From NCBI GenBank assembly GCA_963840375.1, contig CAWIYR010000002.1, forward strand, positions 576,613 to 640,612: a stretch of DNA of 64,000 nucleotides, written 5' to 3'. The notes below the pieces were generated by a model, which ran no database searches, was not told where the DNA came from, and worked only from the letters and a program-made list of their open reading frames with translations. This stretch comes from an uncultured Chloroflexia bacterium. GTDB lineage: Bacteria > Chloroflexota > Limnocylindria > Limnocylindrales > CSP1-4. Positions 8,584 to 20,400 of the stretch are shown piece by piece. Position 1 is the stretch's first letter. Each line of letters starts with the position of its first letter. Made by a program: the position numbers and the translations under genes.

Positions 8584-10125
8584 CTACTGTAGCGGCGGAG
8601 CCCCGCGATGGGCGCTTTGCCGGGCCAGGTCGTCCCGGAGCAGCTTTCCCACCGCGTTGCGGGGGAGTTCGCCGACGAACGAGATGGAGGTCGGGACCTG
8701 GTGCACGGCGAGCCGGCCGCGACAGAACCCCAGGAGTTCGTCCTCGGTCGCCGCGGCCCCAGGCCACAGGACGACGAAGGCGGCCCCGACCGTGCCGCCG
8801 TGCGGCGCAGGGACCCCGACGACCCCGGCATCGGCGACCGACGGGTGGGCCAGCAGCACCCGTTCGACGTCGCCGGGATAGACGACCTCGCCGGCTGAGA
8901 CGAACCGGGCCTCCACGCGATCGACGATCCAGACGTAGCCGTCGTCGTCCATGCGCGCCGCATCGCCTGTGCGCAGCCATCCACCCTCGATGAGCGCCTG
9001 GCGGGTCTCCGCGGGCCGATCCCGGTAGCCGGCCATCACGTTGGGACCGCGAACCAGCAGCTCGCCGGTCTCGCCCGGCGCGACATCGGCTCCGGCCGCG
9101 CCGGTGATCCGAACATCCACCAGCAGGGGCGGCTTGCCGGCCGAGCCGATCTTCTCGAGCGCCTGCCCGGCGTCGAGCAGCAGCGCGAGCGGTCCCGCCT
9201 CCGACAGCCCGTACCCCTGCAGCAGCGTCACGCCTCGCTCGAGATAGGCGCGGATGAGTCGTTCCGGCACGGGAGCGCCGCCGGTGATCACGAACCGGAT
9301 GCTGGAGAGGTCGACCGAGGACCACCGATCGGCCTGGGCGAGCGCGTCAAGGAGATCCGGGTTGCCGAAGCCCACCGTCACCCGGTGCCGCTCCATGAGC
9401 CCGAGGAGCCCGTCGGGCCTGGGATCGTCGGGCACCACGACCGTTCCGCCGACGAAGAGGACCGGCAGGACGTTCACGCCCGTCCCGCCGACCCGGAAGA
9501 ACGGGGCGATCGCGATCGTCACGTCGGACTGACGGAAGTCCGCGCTGGTGAGGAAGTTGACGGCATTCCAGGTCACGTTGCCGTGGGTGAGCATCACGGC
9601 CTTGGGGTTGCCCGTGGTGCCCGAAGTGTGGGGCAGGAGGAACAGGTCATCGAGGCCGACCGATCCGTCGATCGGGTGCGCCGGCGACTCGGCGACGAAC
9701 GCCTCGTACTCGATGGTCCCCTCGAGCGAGCCGCCGACCATGAGCCGGTGTCGCACCGAACCCGTCGTGACCGGCTCGGGCAGGTCGTGCTGGATCAGCA
9801 CCACCGGCTCGGTCTGCGCGAGCACGGACGCTCGCTCATCCGGCCCGAGCCGGTGGTTCACGGGCGCCAGCACGGCTCCGAGCTGGCCCACCGCGAACAA
9901 CGACTCGAGGAAGGCGGTGTGGTTCGGGCCGAGCCAGGCGACCCGGTCGCCTCGCTCGACGCCGAGGCGGCGCAGGCCGTTGGCCAGGCGTCGGATCCGT
10001 TCGGTCAGCTCCGCGTAGGTGAGCGTTCGGGCGCCGGAGATGAGGGCAGGGTGATCGGGGGTGATCCGGGCTCGCCGCTCGACCCACGAGCCGACCCCGA
10101 GATCGCCCCTCGTGACGTCGCTCAT
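8584..10125 (-). CDS. AMP-dependent synthetase/ligase (acyl-CoA synthetase family)
   Basis: AMP-binding motif LPHTSGTTGNPKAV, plus GYGLSEAG, TGDAARMDDDGYVWIVDR and PRNAVGKLLR. ATG 10125 (MSDVTRGDL) is chosen; an alternative GTG lies at 10158. Confidence 0.9.
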   Translation of the reverse strand: MSDVTRGDLGVGSWVERRARITPDHPALISGARTLTYAELTERIRRLANGLRRLGVERGDRVAWLGPNHTAFLESLFAVGQLGAVLAPVNHRLGPDERASVLAQTEPVVLIQHDLPEPVTTGSVRHRLMVGGSLEGTIEYEAFVAESPAHPIDGSVGLDDLFLLPHTSGTTGNPKAVMLTHGNVTWNAVNFLTSADFRQSDVTIAIAPFFRVGGTGVNVLPVLFVGGTVVVPDDPRPDGLLGLMERHRVTVGFGNPDLLDALAQADRWSSVDLSSIRFVITGGAPVPERLIRAYLERGVTLLQGYGLSEAGPLALLLDAGQALEKIGSAGKPPLLVDVRITGAAGADVAPGETGELLVRGPNVMAGYRDRPAETRQALIEGGWLRTGDAARMDDDGYVWIVDRVEARFVSAGEVVYPGDVERVLLAHPSVADAGVVGVPAPHGGTVGAAFVVLWPGAAATEDELLGFCRGRLAVHQVPTSISFVGELPRNAVGKLLRDDLARQSAHRGAPPLQ

Positions 10126-10187
10126 CGGGTCAGGATGACACGCCGAGTCCAGCGCCACGGACGACCGGAGGGTGAGATGCTTCCGGG

Positions 10188-10763
10188 ATGAGCAAGAACC
10201 GGATGGAGGCGTTCAGCGACGGCGTCGTCGCCATCCTGATCACGATCATGGTCCTCGACCTCAAGGTCCCACAGGGTTCCACCCTCGCAGATCTCGTTCC
10301 GCTGGGTCCGGTCTTCCTGTCGTATGTCCTGAGCTTCGCCCTCCTGGGGACCTACTGGAACAACCACCATCACGTTCTCCAGGCCGCCCGGGTCGTCGAC
10401 GGACGGGTCCTCTGGGCGAACCTGGGACTGCTCTTCACCCTCTCACTCGTCCCCTTCGCGACGGCCTGGATGGGCGAGACGGTCTTCGCGCCGGTTCCGA
10501 CGGCCGCCTACGGCGTCGTCTCCCTGATGGCGGCCATCACGTACTTCATCCTGGTCCGTGCCCTGATCCGGGCCGCCGGTCAGACGCCGACCCTGGCTCA
10601 GGCCGTGGGCAGCGATCGCAAGGGCATGATCTCGCCGCTGCTCTACGCGGTCGCCATCCCGATCGCGCTCGTCGCGCCCGCGATCGCCTTCCTGCTCTAC
10701 GCCACGGTCGTGTCGCTGTGGATCATCCCGGACCTTCGGATCGAACGAGCCCTGGCGGAGTAG
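10188..10763 (+). CDS. TMEM175-family (DUF1211) potassium channel-like membrane protein
   Basis: 191 aa with the signature RMEAFSDGVVAILITIMVLDL and about 6 TM helices. Confidence 0.85.
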   Translation: MSKNRMEAFSDGVVAILITIMVLDLKVPQGSTLADLVPLGPVFLSYVLSFALLGTYWNNHHHVLQAARVVDGRVLWANLGLLFTLSLVPFATAWMGETVFAPVPTAAYGVVSLMAAITYFILVRALIRAAGQTPTLAQAVGSDRKGMISPLLYAVAIPIALVAPAIAFLLYATVVSLWIIPDLRIERALAE

Positions 10764-10790
10764 GACTCCGCTCCGGGCGAGGAGGACGCC

Positions 10791-12161
10791 ATGATCACGA
10801 CGGCCATGCGAGCGAGCCTCGCTCGCTCGTTCGCGGGGGAGCTGATCGGCCCGGGTGACGAGGGCTACGACCCGGCCCGCAGCGTCTGGCACGCCGACGT
10901 CGATCGACGTCCGGCGTTGATCGCCAAGGCGCGCGACACCGCCGACGTCGCGGAGGCCGTGCGGTGGGCGCACGACGCGAGCGTGCATCTGTGCGTGGCC
11001 GCCGGCCGGCACGGGTTCTCCGGCGATGCCGTCACCGATGCCGGGCTCGTGCTCGATCTCTCGCTCCTGCGCGGGATCGACATCGACACCGGGACGCGGA
11101 CCGTGACGGCGGGTGCCGGGCTCACGGCGGGCGAGCTCACGGCGGCGGCGTACGCGCACGGGTTCGCGATCCCGTTCGGCGACACCGGATCCGTGGGCAT
11201 CGCGGGGATCACGCTCGGCGGTGGGATCGGATGGCTGGTCCGCCGATACGGCGCGACGGTCGATCAGCTGCGTTCGGTGGAGGTCGTCACCGCCGACGGG
11301 CGGATCCGGAAGGCGAGCCCGGAGGTGGAGCCTGATCTCTTCTGGGCCCTGACCGGAGGCGGCGGGAGCTACGGTGTGGTGACCGCGTTCGAGTACGCGC
11401 TCAACCCGATCGGCCGCGTGTCCCACGGGAGCATCGTCCTTCCCGCCACCCCGGAGATCGTCGAGGCGATCGTCCCGCTCGGGCTCGCCGCACCCGAGGA
11501 GCTGACGATCATGCCGCTGGTCATGCGCATCCCGCCGATGCCCGGGGTCGCCCAGGACCTGGTCGGAACGGTGGGCGTCTTCGTCCAGCTCGTGTACTCC
11601 GGGCCGGAGTCGGAGGCAGCCCGATCGATCGCGCCGTTCCGTGAGCTGGGCCGCGTCCTCCTCGATTCGGTCGCCGAGATGTCCTACCCGGAGGTCTACC
11701 CGCCGGCCAGTGACACCCGGTGGGGGATCGCCAGCGAGGCGATGTTCATCGACCGGCTGGACCGGGAGATCGCCGACATCGTCATCCGCCGGATCGGATC
11801 GGCCAGCGCCGCCGAGGCCATGGTCCAGCTCCGCGTGTTCGGGGGCGCATTCGCTCGCTCGGCTGATGGTTCGACCGCGTTCGGGCACCGCAGCCGACCC
11901 GCGCTCATCTGGCTGCTCACGCCGTACCAGGATCTCGAGCACGGGGCCGAGCACCACGCCTGGACCCGATCGTTCCGCGATGAGCTCGTCTCGAGATCAC
12001 GGGGCACCTACCTCAACTTCCTCGAATCGCCGGATCCTGCCGAGATCGCCGCCGCCTACGACCCCGAGACGCTCGCGCGGCTGGCGTCGATCAAGCGGAC
12101 GTACGACCCGGACGATCTCTTCCATCCGGCCGCGAACATCGGACCGGCGACCAGCACGTGA
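10791..12161 (+). CDS. FAD-binding oxidoreductase (PCMH type, BBE-like C-terminus)
   Basis: 456 aa with GGAGGA upstream. Motifs are AAGRHGFSG, GDTGSVGIAGITLGGGIGW, DLFWALTGGGGSYGVVT, and the C-terminal IKRTYDPDDLFHPAANI (BBE-like). Confidence 0.9.
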   Translation: MITTAMRASLARSFAGELIGPGDEGYDPARSVWHADVDRRPALIAKARDTADVAEAVRWAHDASVHLCVAAGRHGFSGDAVTDAGLVLDLSLLRGIDIDTGTRTVTAGAGLTAGELTAAAYAHGFAIPFGDTGSVGIAGITLGGGIGWLVRRYGATVDQLRSVEVVTADGRIRKASPEVEPDLFWALTGGGGSYGVVTAFEYALNPIGRVSHGSIVLPATPEIVEAIVPLGLAAPEELTIMPLVMRIPPMPGVAQDLVGTVGVFVQLVYSGPESEAARSIAPFRELGRVLLDSVAEMSYPEVYPPASDTRWGIASEAMFIDRLDREIADIVIRRIGSASAAEAMVQLRVFGGAFARSADGSTAFGHRSRPALIWLLTPYQDLEHGAEHHAWTRSFRDELVSRSRGTYLNFLESPDPAEIAAAYDPETLARLASIKRTYDPDDLFHPAANIGPATST

Positions 12162-12230
12162 CGAGGACCGCGGATCGCGCGACGCCCGGGCGTACGACGA
12201 CGCGGAGGGCCTCGGAGCGTAGGCAGCGCA

Positions 12231-12836
12231 TTGACGCCTGACGCCCTTCAGCGCCTGGCCGCTCTCGGTCGGACTCCCTCCGACCGAGCGCTGCTGGGCC
12301 GCGCTCTCCGGGAGCTCGACGTCCGGGATCGCCTGGCGTCGAAGATCGCGGCGGAGCCGAACCTCGGGGCGATCATGGCGGAGTTCGTGGGTCGCCTGAT
12401 CGACGCCTTCGGCCCACTCTCGACGATCCGCGGACAGACCGTCCTCGACATCGCCTGCGGGTCGGACTCGAGCCGGTCGCCGGCCACGGGCCGACCGACC
12501 GCAGCGTTCGAGCCGTGGATGTGCCGATTGCTCGGGGAACTCGGGGCGCGGCCCGTCGGGATCGACATCGGAGACCTCGCCGACGAGGCGTTCGTGCATC
12601 ATCGGGTCGACCTGGGTGTCCCCGGCTCCCTCGACTTCCTGGCGACCGGATCGTTCGACGCCGTCCATGAGAGCCGCCTCTTCGGTTCACCCGAGTTCCG
12701 TGCCGCGCACGGGCGAACCACCGAGCGTATCCGCCGCGAGATCCATCGCCAGGAACGGCGGCTCCTGCGGCCGGGCGGGATCCTCATCCACAGCGACGGT
12801 CGCCCCGGACAAGCGGGACACGGGCGAGCTCGGTGA
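12231..12836 (+). CDS. Class I SAM-dependent methyltransferase (putative)
   Basis: 201 aa with a TTG start. Motif I-like VLDIACGSD, later LLRPGGILI. Weak family assignment. Confidence 0.6.
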   Translation: MTPDALQRLAALGRTPSDRALLGRALRELDVRDRLASKIAAEPNLGAIMAEFVGRLIDAFGPLSTIRGQTVLDIACGSDSSRSPATGRPTAAFEPWMCRLLGELGARPVGIDIGDLADEAFVHHRVDLGVPGSLDFLATGSFDAVHESRLFGSPEFRAAHGRTTERIRREIHRQERRLLRPGGILIHSDGRPGQAGHGRAR

Positions 12837-12935
12837 CTGCCCGTCTCCGGGCCGTGTGGCCTGGCGGAGTGGGGAAGACCGGGCGATCAGGCAGCGAGCG
12901 TTGCGGAACGGGCCGGGGGCCGGCGCAGGTGGTGG

Positions 12936-13511
12936 TCAGCGCCGATACGTTCCCTCGAGCTTCGTCTCGCCGAGCGTCGTTGCGGCCGCCTGACGGCGCA
13001 CGGCGGCCAGATCCGCGCCGCGCGGGAGCCCGAGCGGCGCGGGCAGCGCCGTCAGCGTGAACACGTAACGATGCGTGCCCGACGGCGGGCACGGGCCGCC
13101 CCAGCCGATCCGCCCGAAGTCATTCCGACCTTCCAGTGCGCCACCCGGCAACGCACCCGAGGCGCCTTCCGCCAGGGCGCCGAGATCGGGCGCCAGGTCC
13201 CAGGCGACCCAGTGGACGAAGCCGCGCGCATCGGGGTCGGTGACGCTGAGCAGCAGCGTCGTGGTACCCGCAGGCACGCCGGACCAGGCGAGCGGCGGCG
13301 ACACGTCGCGACCGTCACACGAGTAGCGGCCCGGGATCGCGGCGCCGTCGGAGAAGGCGGGGCTGGTGAGCGTGAACGGGGCCGGTCCCGTCGAGTCGGT
13401 CGGCATCGAGGTCGCCTCCGCGGATGCGGGGATCGGGATGGTCCCGCCGGCGCCGGTGGCGCAGCCCGTCACGAGGAGTGCCGACAGCACGAGGACGACC
13501 GCGACCCGCAC
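12936..13511 (-). CDS. YbhB/YbcL (PEBP, Raf-kinase-inhibitor-like) family lipoprotein
   Basis: 191 aa. Signal peptide plus lipobox LLVTGC. PEBP motifs are SPPLAWSGVP, LLLSVTDPDARGFVHWVAWDL, GWGGPCPPSGTHRYVFTLTAL. Confidence 0.85.
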   Translation of the reverse strand: MRVAVVLVLSALLVTGCATGAGGTIPIPASAEATSMPTDSTGPAPFTLTSPAFSDGAAIPGRYSCDGRDVSPPLAWSGVPAGTTTLLLSVTDPDARGFVHWVAWDLAPDLGALAEGASGALPGGALEGRNDFGRIGWGGPCPPSGTHRYVFTLTALPAPLGLPRGADLAAVRRQAAATTLGETKLEGTYRR

Positions 13512-13649
13512 CGATCGATCCTACGTCGGACGGCCAAGGGACGTGCGCCGCCTCGTGCCCGGGCGAAGTCTCGGAAGCTTCGTCACCCGCAGGACGTCGC
13601 GCCCGATCGGTTCCTGGGGTCGGCCGATCCCCGGATCGGGTCCGAGCGT

Positions 13650-14303
13650 CTAGGCCGCTGCCGCGATCAGCCGATCGAGGAGCTCGAACGCCGCCGACTC
13701 CATCGATCCACGCCCTGCGGATCGAGCCGCGGCTTCCGCCGATTCCGCCGCCCGCGCGGCCGCTCGCGCCGCCGCCTGCGGCGACTGAGGGACCGACGAT
13801 GCCGCCCGTGCCGCCGCGCGTGCCGCCTCCGCCGCCGAGCGCATCGATTCCGCCGTCGACCACGCCGACAACGACGCTGCCACCCGCGCCTCCGCCTCCG
13901 CCGATTCCGCTGCCACTCGCGCCGACCCTGCAGACTCGCCGTCCACGGGTGCGAGCGCAGCGAGCTTCGAAGCCTCCTCGACGAGGCCGGCCGCGGCGAA
14001 CGCGAGCGAGGCGAATGTTCGGACCGCCGCATCCGCGCAGATGAACCCCCGGCGAAGCTCGAGATCGGACGCCGTCGTCCCGATGAGTCTTGGGATGTAG
14101 GCCCGGAGCCGCTGGCGTTCATCGTCCGCGAGCCAGTCGTTGAGGCTGCGCGCATACACCGCGATGACGGGGCTCGTGCAGGTCGGGCTGGTCGACCATG
14201 GCTCGCCGGCGAGCAGGCTGACCGCCTCCATGACCGAGACGCCGTCTGCGGCTGAGGCATGGGCCCCGGCGTGGAGGACGAGGGTGTCGAGATCGAGCGT
14301 CAT
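13650..14303 (-). CDS. Hypothetical protein with a globular N-domain and an Ala-rich degenerate-repeat C-terminal half
   Basis: Start taken at ATG 14303 (GAGG 11 nt upstream): MTLDLDTLVLHAGAHASAADGVSVMEAVSLLAGEPWSTSPTCTSPVIAVYARSLNDWL.. The C-terminus has repeats of AAESAEAEARVAA / AAEAARAAARAA / AAARAAARAAESAEAAARSA. No family recognised. Confidence 0.55.
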   Translation of the reverse strand: MTLDLDTLVLHAGAHASAADGVSVMEAVSLLAGEPWSTSPTCTSPVIAVYARSLNDWLADDERQRLRAYIPRLIGTTASDLELRRGFICADAAVRTFASLAFAAAGLVEEASKLAALAPVDGESAGSARVAAESAEAEARVAASLSAWSTAESMRSAAEAARAAARAASSVPQSPQAAARAAARAAESAEAAARSAGRGSMESAAFELLDRLIAAAA

Positions 14304-14454
14304 CGGATGGGGAACCTCACTTGGCGAGGCGGGCCGAGCCTGGGTACGGTAGCGTAGCGGTCCCCGGCGGCCCGGACACGGTCCGCAGGCAGCGTCGATC
14401 GCGACGAGTGCCTCGGCCGACCGAGAGCCGTCGACGGTTCGCCCCCTCCTCCGC

Positions 14455-17400
14455 CTATGGGGCTGTGCCGAGGACGACCCGGATGCGGTGCGTGGCGCCA
14501 TCGTCGACGAGCGGGATCGCGGCGTCGCCGCCCGGCAGCGTCTGCCCGTCGAGCTCCGCCGATGCCACTCCGCGGCTGACCCCCTGGGGGTTCTCCACCA
14601 CGATCTCATACCGGGCGGTGTGATAGCTGAAGTCGATCTCAAAGCCCGGCCATGCGCGTGGGATGCAGGGATCGATCCGGATCGTCGCGCCGCGCAGATG
14701 GAACCCCAGGATCGACTCGATCCCGGCCTGGTACATCCAGCCGGCCGACCCGGTGTACCAGGTCCAGCCGCCGCGACCGACGTGCGGCGGTTCGGTGTAC
14801 ACGTCGGCCGCCATCACGTACGGCTCCACCTTGTAACGCTGGACCCCGGCCCGGGTGCTGGCATGGTTGATCGGGTTGAGGATGGAGAACAGCTCGCCCG
14901 CCTTGTCGCCGTCCCCCAGCGCCGCGAAGGCGAGGACGGACCAGATGGCGCCGTGGGTGTACTGGCCACCGTTCTCCCGGATGCCCGGGAGATAGCCCTT
15001 GACGTACCCCGGGTCGACATCGGAATGGTCGAACGGCGGGGTGAACAGGAGGACGAGACCATCGCCCCTCCGGACGAGGTACTCCTCCACGGCAGCCATC
15101 GCCCGCTCCGCATGTGGCGGGTTCGCGGCCCCGGACAGGACGCTCCACGACTGGGCGATCGAGTCGATCCGGCATTCGACGTTCGCCGCGGAGCCGAGCG
15201 GCGTGCCGTCGTCGAAGAACGCTCGGCGATACCAGTCGCCATCCCAGCCATCGCGCTCGAGAGCCCGCCGGAGCGACTTCATGTGGGCTCGCCAGCGCTC
15301 AGCCCGGGGACGGTCGCCGCGGGCCTCGGCGATGGGCGCGAAGGCACCCAGGACGATGTGCAGGAACCAGCCCAGCCACACGCTCTCACCGCGACCCTCG
15401 TGACCCACCCGGTTCATCCCGTCATTCCAGTCGCCGGACCCGATGAGCGGCAGCCCGTGGGCGCCGACCGCGAGGCTCACGTCGATCGCTGCCGCGCAGT
15501 GATCGAACAGCGAAGCCGACTCCCCTGAGCGTTCCGGCTGGAAGTAGGCGTCGGCCTCGCCCGGTCGGAGCGGGGGTCCCTCGAGATACGGAACGATCTC
15601 GTCGAGGACCGTCGAGTCGCCCGTGACCGCGAGGTAGCGCTCCACCGCGTACGGCAACCAGAGGCGATCGTCGGAGATCCGGGTCCGGACGCCCCGCCCC
15701 GAAGGTGGATGCCACCAGTGCTGGACGTCTCCCTCCGTGAACTGGTGGGCTGCGGCCCTCAGGAGGTGCTCCCGGGCCAGCTCACGCCTCGGTGTCAGCA
15801 GGGCGATGACGTCCTGGAGCTGGTCGCGGAACCCGTAGGCGCCCCCGGCCTGGTAGAAGGCGGTCCTCGCCCAGAGCCGGCAGGCGAGGGTCTGGTAGAG
15901 GAGCCACCGGTTGAGCATGATGTCCATCGAGCGGTCGGGCGTCCGGACCTGGACCGCGCCACTGACCTCGTCCCAGTACTCGGCCACGCTGCGCAGGAGG
16001 GCCGCATGGTCGGCGGTCCGCCCGCGTCGGATGAGGTCGGCCGGGTCCGTGGCCGCATCCGCCTCGCCGAGCAGGACCACGATCCGGGTCTGCGCCCCCG
16101 CGGCGAGCTCGATGCCGGTCTGCAGGGCGGTGCACGGATCCATCCCGGCGCCGACGGACCCCTGGAGCCGGGATCCGCGATCCAGTCCCGCAGGGCGCTC
16201 CGGGCTGCCGTTCCGACCAAGGAACTCGGTCCGATCGGCCGTCCACGACGTCTGCCGACCGCCCAGGTCGAGGAAGGCGGCCCGCCCGCCGAACTCCGTG
16301 TTCCACGGGTTGCGGACGAGGAGCGCCCCCGTCTCCGGCTCCACCGAGGTCACGATCCGCGGGCCGCTGTCCCCGCGCGACGTTCCCAGCGCCCACTCGG
16401 CGTAGGCGGTCAGCGACAGGCGCCTGGTTCGTCCGGAGCGGTTCTCGATGGTCAGCACCGAGATCTTCATCGGCTCGTCCAGCGGGACGAACTGGACGAG
16501 GTCGAGGCCGATGCCGTCGTGGACGTGCTCGAACCGGCTGTAGCCCGCCCCGTGATGGGCCACGTAGGTCGATCCCTCGAGGCGGATCGGCTGGGCGGTC
16601 GGGCCCCACAGCTCACCGCTCTCGTCATCCCTGATGTAGATCGCCTCGCTCACCGGGTCGCTCACCGGGTCGTTCGACCAGGGCGTGAGCTGGTTCTCGC
16701 GACTGTTCCCGGACCACGTGTAGCCGGAACCGGACTCGGAGACGAGGAACCCGAACGATGGGTTCGCGATCACGTTCAGCCACGGCGCTGGGGTGGCCTG
16801 TCCCGGGCCCAGGACCGCGACGTATTCCCGCCCCCTATCGGCGAAGCCTCCGAGTCCGTTGAAGAACTCGAGATCCGGGCGTGGCACGACCGCGTCCGGG
16901 ACGGTGGGTCTCGCGCCGGTCGGCGCCGGTGGTGGAGCCGCCCGCTTCGGGCGCTCCAGGCGGATGACCTGATCGGCGAGACTGCCCCGACGGCTGAGGA
17001 GGACGGCCCGGGCGGCGGACTGGAGGAGCGTCCGATCCTCGGCGGAGAGCTGGTCGCCGCGCAGGATCGACACCCCGCCGCGGCCCGGATGACCGTCGCC
17101 GACCAGGACGGACTGGCTCGTCCGGACGAGCGTCTCGAGCGACCCCTGGAGGTCCTGGGCGTACGACGCGCCGTGTTCGTTGAGGATCACCAGGTCCACG
17201 TCGAGGAGCTTCAGCCGCCAGTACTCGTGCGCGCGGAGCAGCTGCCGGACGATGTCGAGGTCCTCCGCCTCGTCGATCCTGATCAGCACGATCGGCAGGT
17301 CACCCGAGATGCCGTGGGCCCACAGGCCGGGTGCCCCCCGTTCGTTGCGGGCCAGGAGGCCCGCCGTCGGTCGGAGCGACGGATCCGAGTAGAGGATCCG

Positions 17401-20400
17401 GTTGGCCAGGCGTTGGAAGAGATGGGCCTCGTCCGACTCGATCCCCAGGTGATGGAGCTGGACCTGCGCCTGCGTCCAGGCGAGCGTCACCGCCCGTTCG
17501 AAGGTGGCCGGCTCCCGGTACTTGTCGGCCAGGTCCAGGACCTCGTCGCGCGACTCGGCGACCACCGTCGAGAAGATCGCGTGGACGGTCGCACCGGGGG
17601 CGACCTTGACCCGACACCGGAGGCTGAAGATCGGATCCAGGACCGCCCCGACCGTGTTCGAGAGTGGGCGTCCATCGATGACCGACACCGGCGAGCGGAC
17701 CGACCGACCCCGACCGATGAAGCGGGCTCGATCGGTCTCGTACTGGATGACTCCGCCGTCCGCTTCCTCGACCGCCGCGACGTGCGCCGCCCACGGCGGC
17801 CGCTCCTCGCTCGATCTCGGCCGGCGGGTCGCCACCAGTGCGCCGATATCGGGGAGGAACTCCGTCTCGACGAACAGGTTCTGAAAGGCGGGGTGAGCGA
17901 CGTCGGCCGCCTGCGGTGCGAGCGCGATCTCGGCATACGAGGTCAGCTCGATCTGGCGGGCGTGAGAGCCGAGATTGGTGAGCGTCACCCGCCGGATCTC
18001 CGCGTCGTGCTCCGCCGACACGACGATGGTCAGGCCGGTCACGATCGAGCCGTCGCGACGGGAGAACGCGGCCTGATCCTCCGAGTAGGTCACCTCGTAA
18101 CTGTCCGCCTCCGCCCCGCTGGGCTGGTGCCCTGCCGACCACACCGCACCGCTGTGCATGTCGCGCAGGAACAGGTAGCTGCCCCATGAGTCCCGGGTCA
18201 CGTCCTCGCGCCAGCGGGTCACCGCCACGTCCCGCCAGCGGCTGTACCCGGACCCGGCCGCCGTCACCATCACCGCGTAGCGCCCGTTCGACAGCAGGTG
18301 GGTGCGGGGGATCGCGTCGTCCGGCGAAGTGAACCGACGCAGGATCGGCGGCACGAGGTCGCGGACGTCGGCGGCGCTCTTCACCTCCTCGGCCCGTGGT
18401 CGGGCGACGAGCACGTCGCGCGGCATCCGCTCCTGGAGGAGCAGCTCCGTGGCCACGACGATCGGGTCGCCATGGAATCGCTCCACCATCGCCCGCGCGT
18501 TGAGGACGTTGCCCAGCGCGACCAGCGCCATCCCCTGGTGATGGGCCATGTAGCTGCTCACGACCGCGACCGAGGCACCCTCGGGGAGCCGGCGCGCCGT
18601 GTAGTCGAGCGCCTCCCGGAAGCCGTATCGACCGCCCCCTCCCGCTGCGCTCAGCCGGGCGAAGTTCCGGACGGCGGCCTCGGGCTGGATCATCGCGCCG
18701 AGCGCGGTCGCGTACGGAGCCACCACGACGTCCTCGCTGAGACCCCGCTTCAGGCCCAGGCCGGGTACGCCGAAGCTCGAGTACTGGTAGGTCTGCTCGA
18801 GGTCGCGCGCATTGAAGGCCGATTCGGAGATGCCCCAGGGCACGCCGCGTTCGGCCGCGTAGCTCATCTGACGGGCCACGACGAGCCGGTAGGTGTGGTC
18901 CAGCAGGCTGAGGGCGGGGGCGCGCATCACGAGGGCGGGCATGAGGTATTCGAACATCGAGCCGGACCACGAGATGAGGGCGGAACCGCGGCCGACGGGG
19001 GTGAGCGCGCGGCCGAGCCGGAACCAGTGGTCCGGCATGACATCGCCCTTGGCGATCGCGAGGAAGCTGGCGAGGCGGGCCTCCGACGCGAGAAGGTCGT
19101 AACAGCTCGGATCCAGGGTGCCGTCCCGGGTCCGGAACCCGATCGAGAGGAGCTTCCGCGTCGGGTCGAACAGGAAGCTGAAGTCCATCTCCCGGAAGAG
19201 CTCCTGAGCCCGGTCGGCGATCGCCTCCAGCCGCCGTACGAGCATCGCCGCCGCGGCCGAGCCGTCGCCGGTCGCGCCGACCGGCGGATCGGACAGCTCG
19301 GCGACCGTCGGGAACGCCGACCCGTCCGGGACGGGTCGGAACAGGGCGAGGTCCCGGACGTGGCTGTCGACGGCCAGTCGCGCCGACTCGGCCCAGGCCA
19401 CGAGATCGCCGTCCGCACGTTCGCCGCGCTCGGCGGTCAGCGCCGCGGCGACGTCCGAGAGGGTCCGGACCTGCGCCGAGAGCTCACCCAGGCGGGCCGC
19501 CCATGCTTCGGGAGTCTCGGGGAGGACGACGCTGGCCGCTGCGGGCAGCTCGAGGGCCTCCTCGAGGTCCCGCCGGCTGAGGGTCTGACTTCGTCGGTCG
19601 TCCCCGATCGTACCGGCCGCCTCGCGGGTCAGCGCGATCGCATCGCCGATCCCCGCCAGCGCGACGGCGACCGGAAGCGGCTGGTCGACCATCTGGCGGC
19701 ACGCGTTGGAGAGGGTCAGCAGATGGCCCGCGAGGTTGCCGCTGTCCACCGACGACACGTACGCCGGCTCGAGCGCGTGGAGATCGCGCGTGTCGTACCA
19801 GTTGTAGAGGTGCCCGCGGAACCGATCGAGGCGGCCGATGGTGGCGAGCGTCTCCTCGATCCGCTCGACCATCTCCCACGTCCCGATCCAGCCGAAGTCG
19901 CGAGCGGTGACGGTCGAAAGCAGGTACATCCCGATGTTCGTCGGCGAGGTGCGGTGCGCGACGACCGGGCGGGGATCGTCCTGGAAGTTGTCCGGCGGCA
20001 GCCCGTGGTCCTCGGGCCCGACGAAGGTCTCGAAGAACCGCCAGGTCCGGCGAGCGATCAGGCGGAGGGCGTCCACGTCGGCAGCCGGGAGCTGTTCCGC
20101 GGCCGTCTCCGCGGGCCGCAGGCTGACCCACCTCGCGACGGCCGGCGCCAGCAGCCACAGGCCGATGAACGGTGCAGCGATCCAGAGGTCACCCGGCTTC
20201 AGGAGGAGGACCAGGGTCGCCGTGACGGCCGCGATCGCCACGCTGCCCGCCATCTGACGGTAGAACCCGGCGAGGTCGAGGTCCTGGCTGGCCTTGGCCT
20301 GTGCGGCGGTCGTCCACTCGAGCAGGTTGCGCCGCGTGACATAGATCCGGGCCAGGGTCCTCAGGATCGCGTCGACCATCAGCCACGACTGGTGGGCGAG

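Noticed and set aside
7940-9325. 461-aa minus-strand ORF spanning the ettA 5' end, the intergenic relic and part of the acyl-CoA synthetase gene
   Set aside because: It would overlap two well-supported genes. Only ~110 codons (8260-8536) have protein-like sequence, and I interpret these as part of the cyclase relic.
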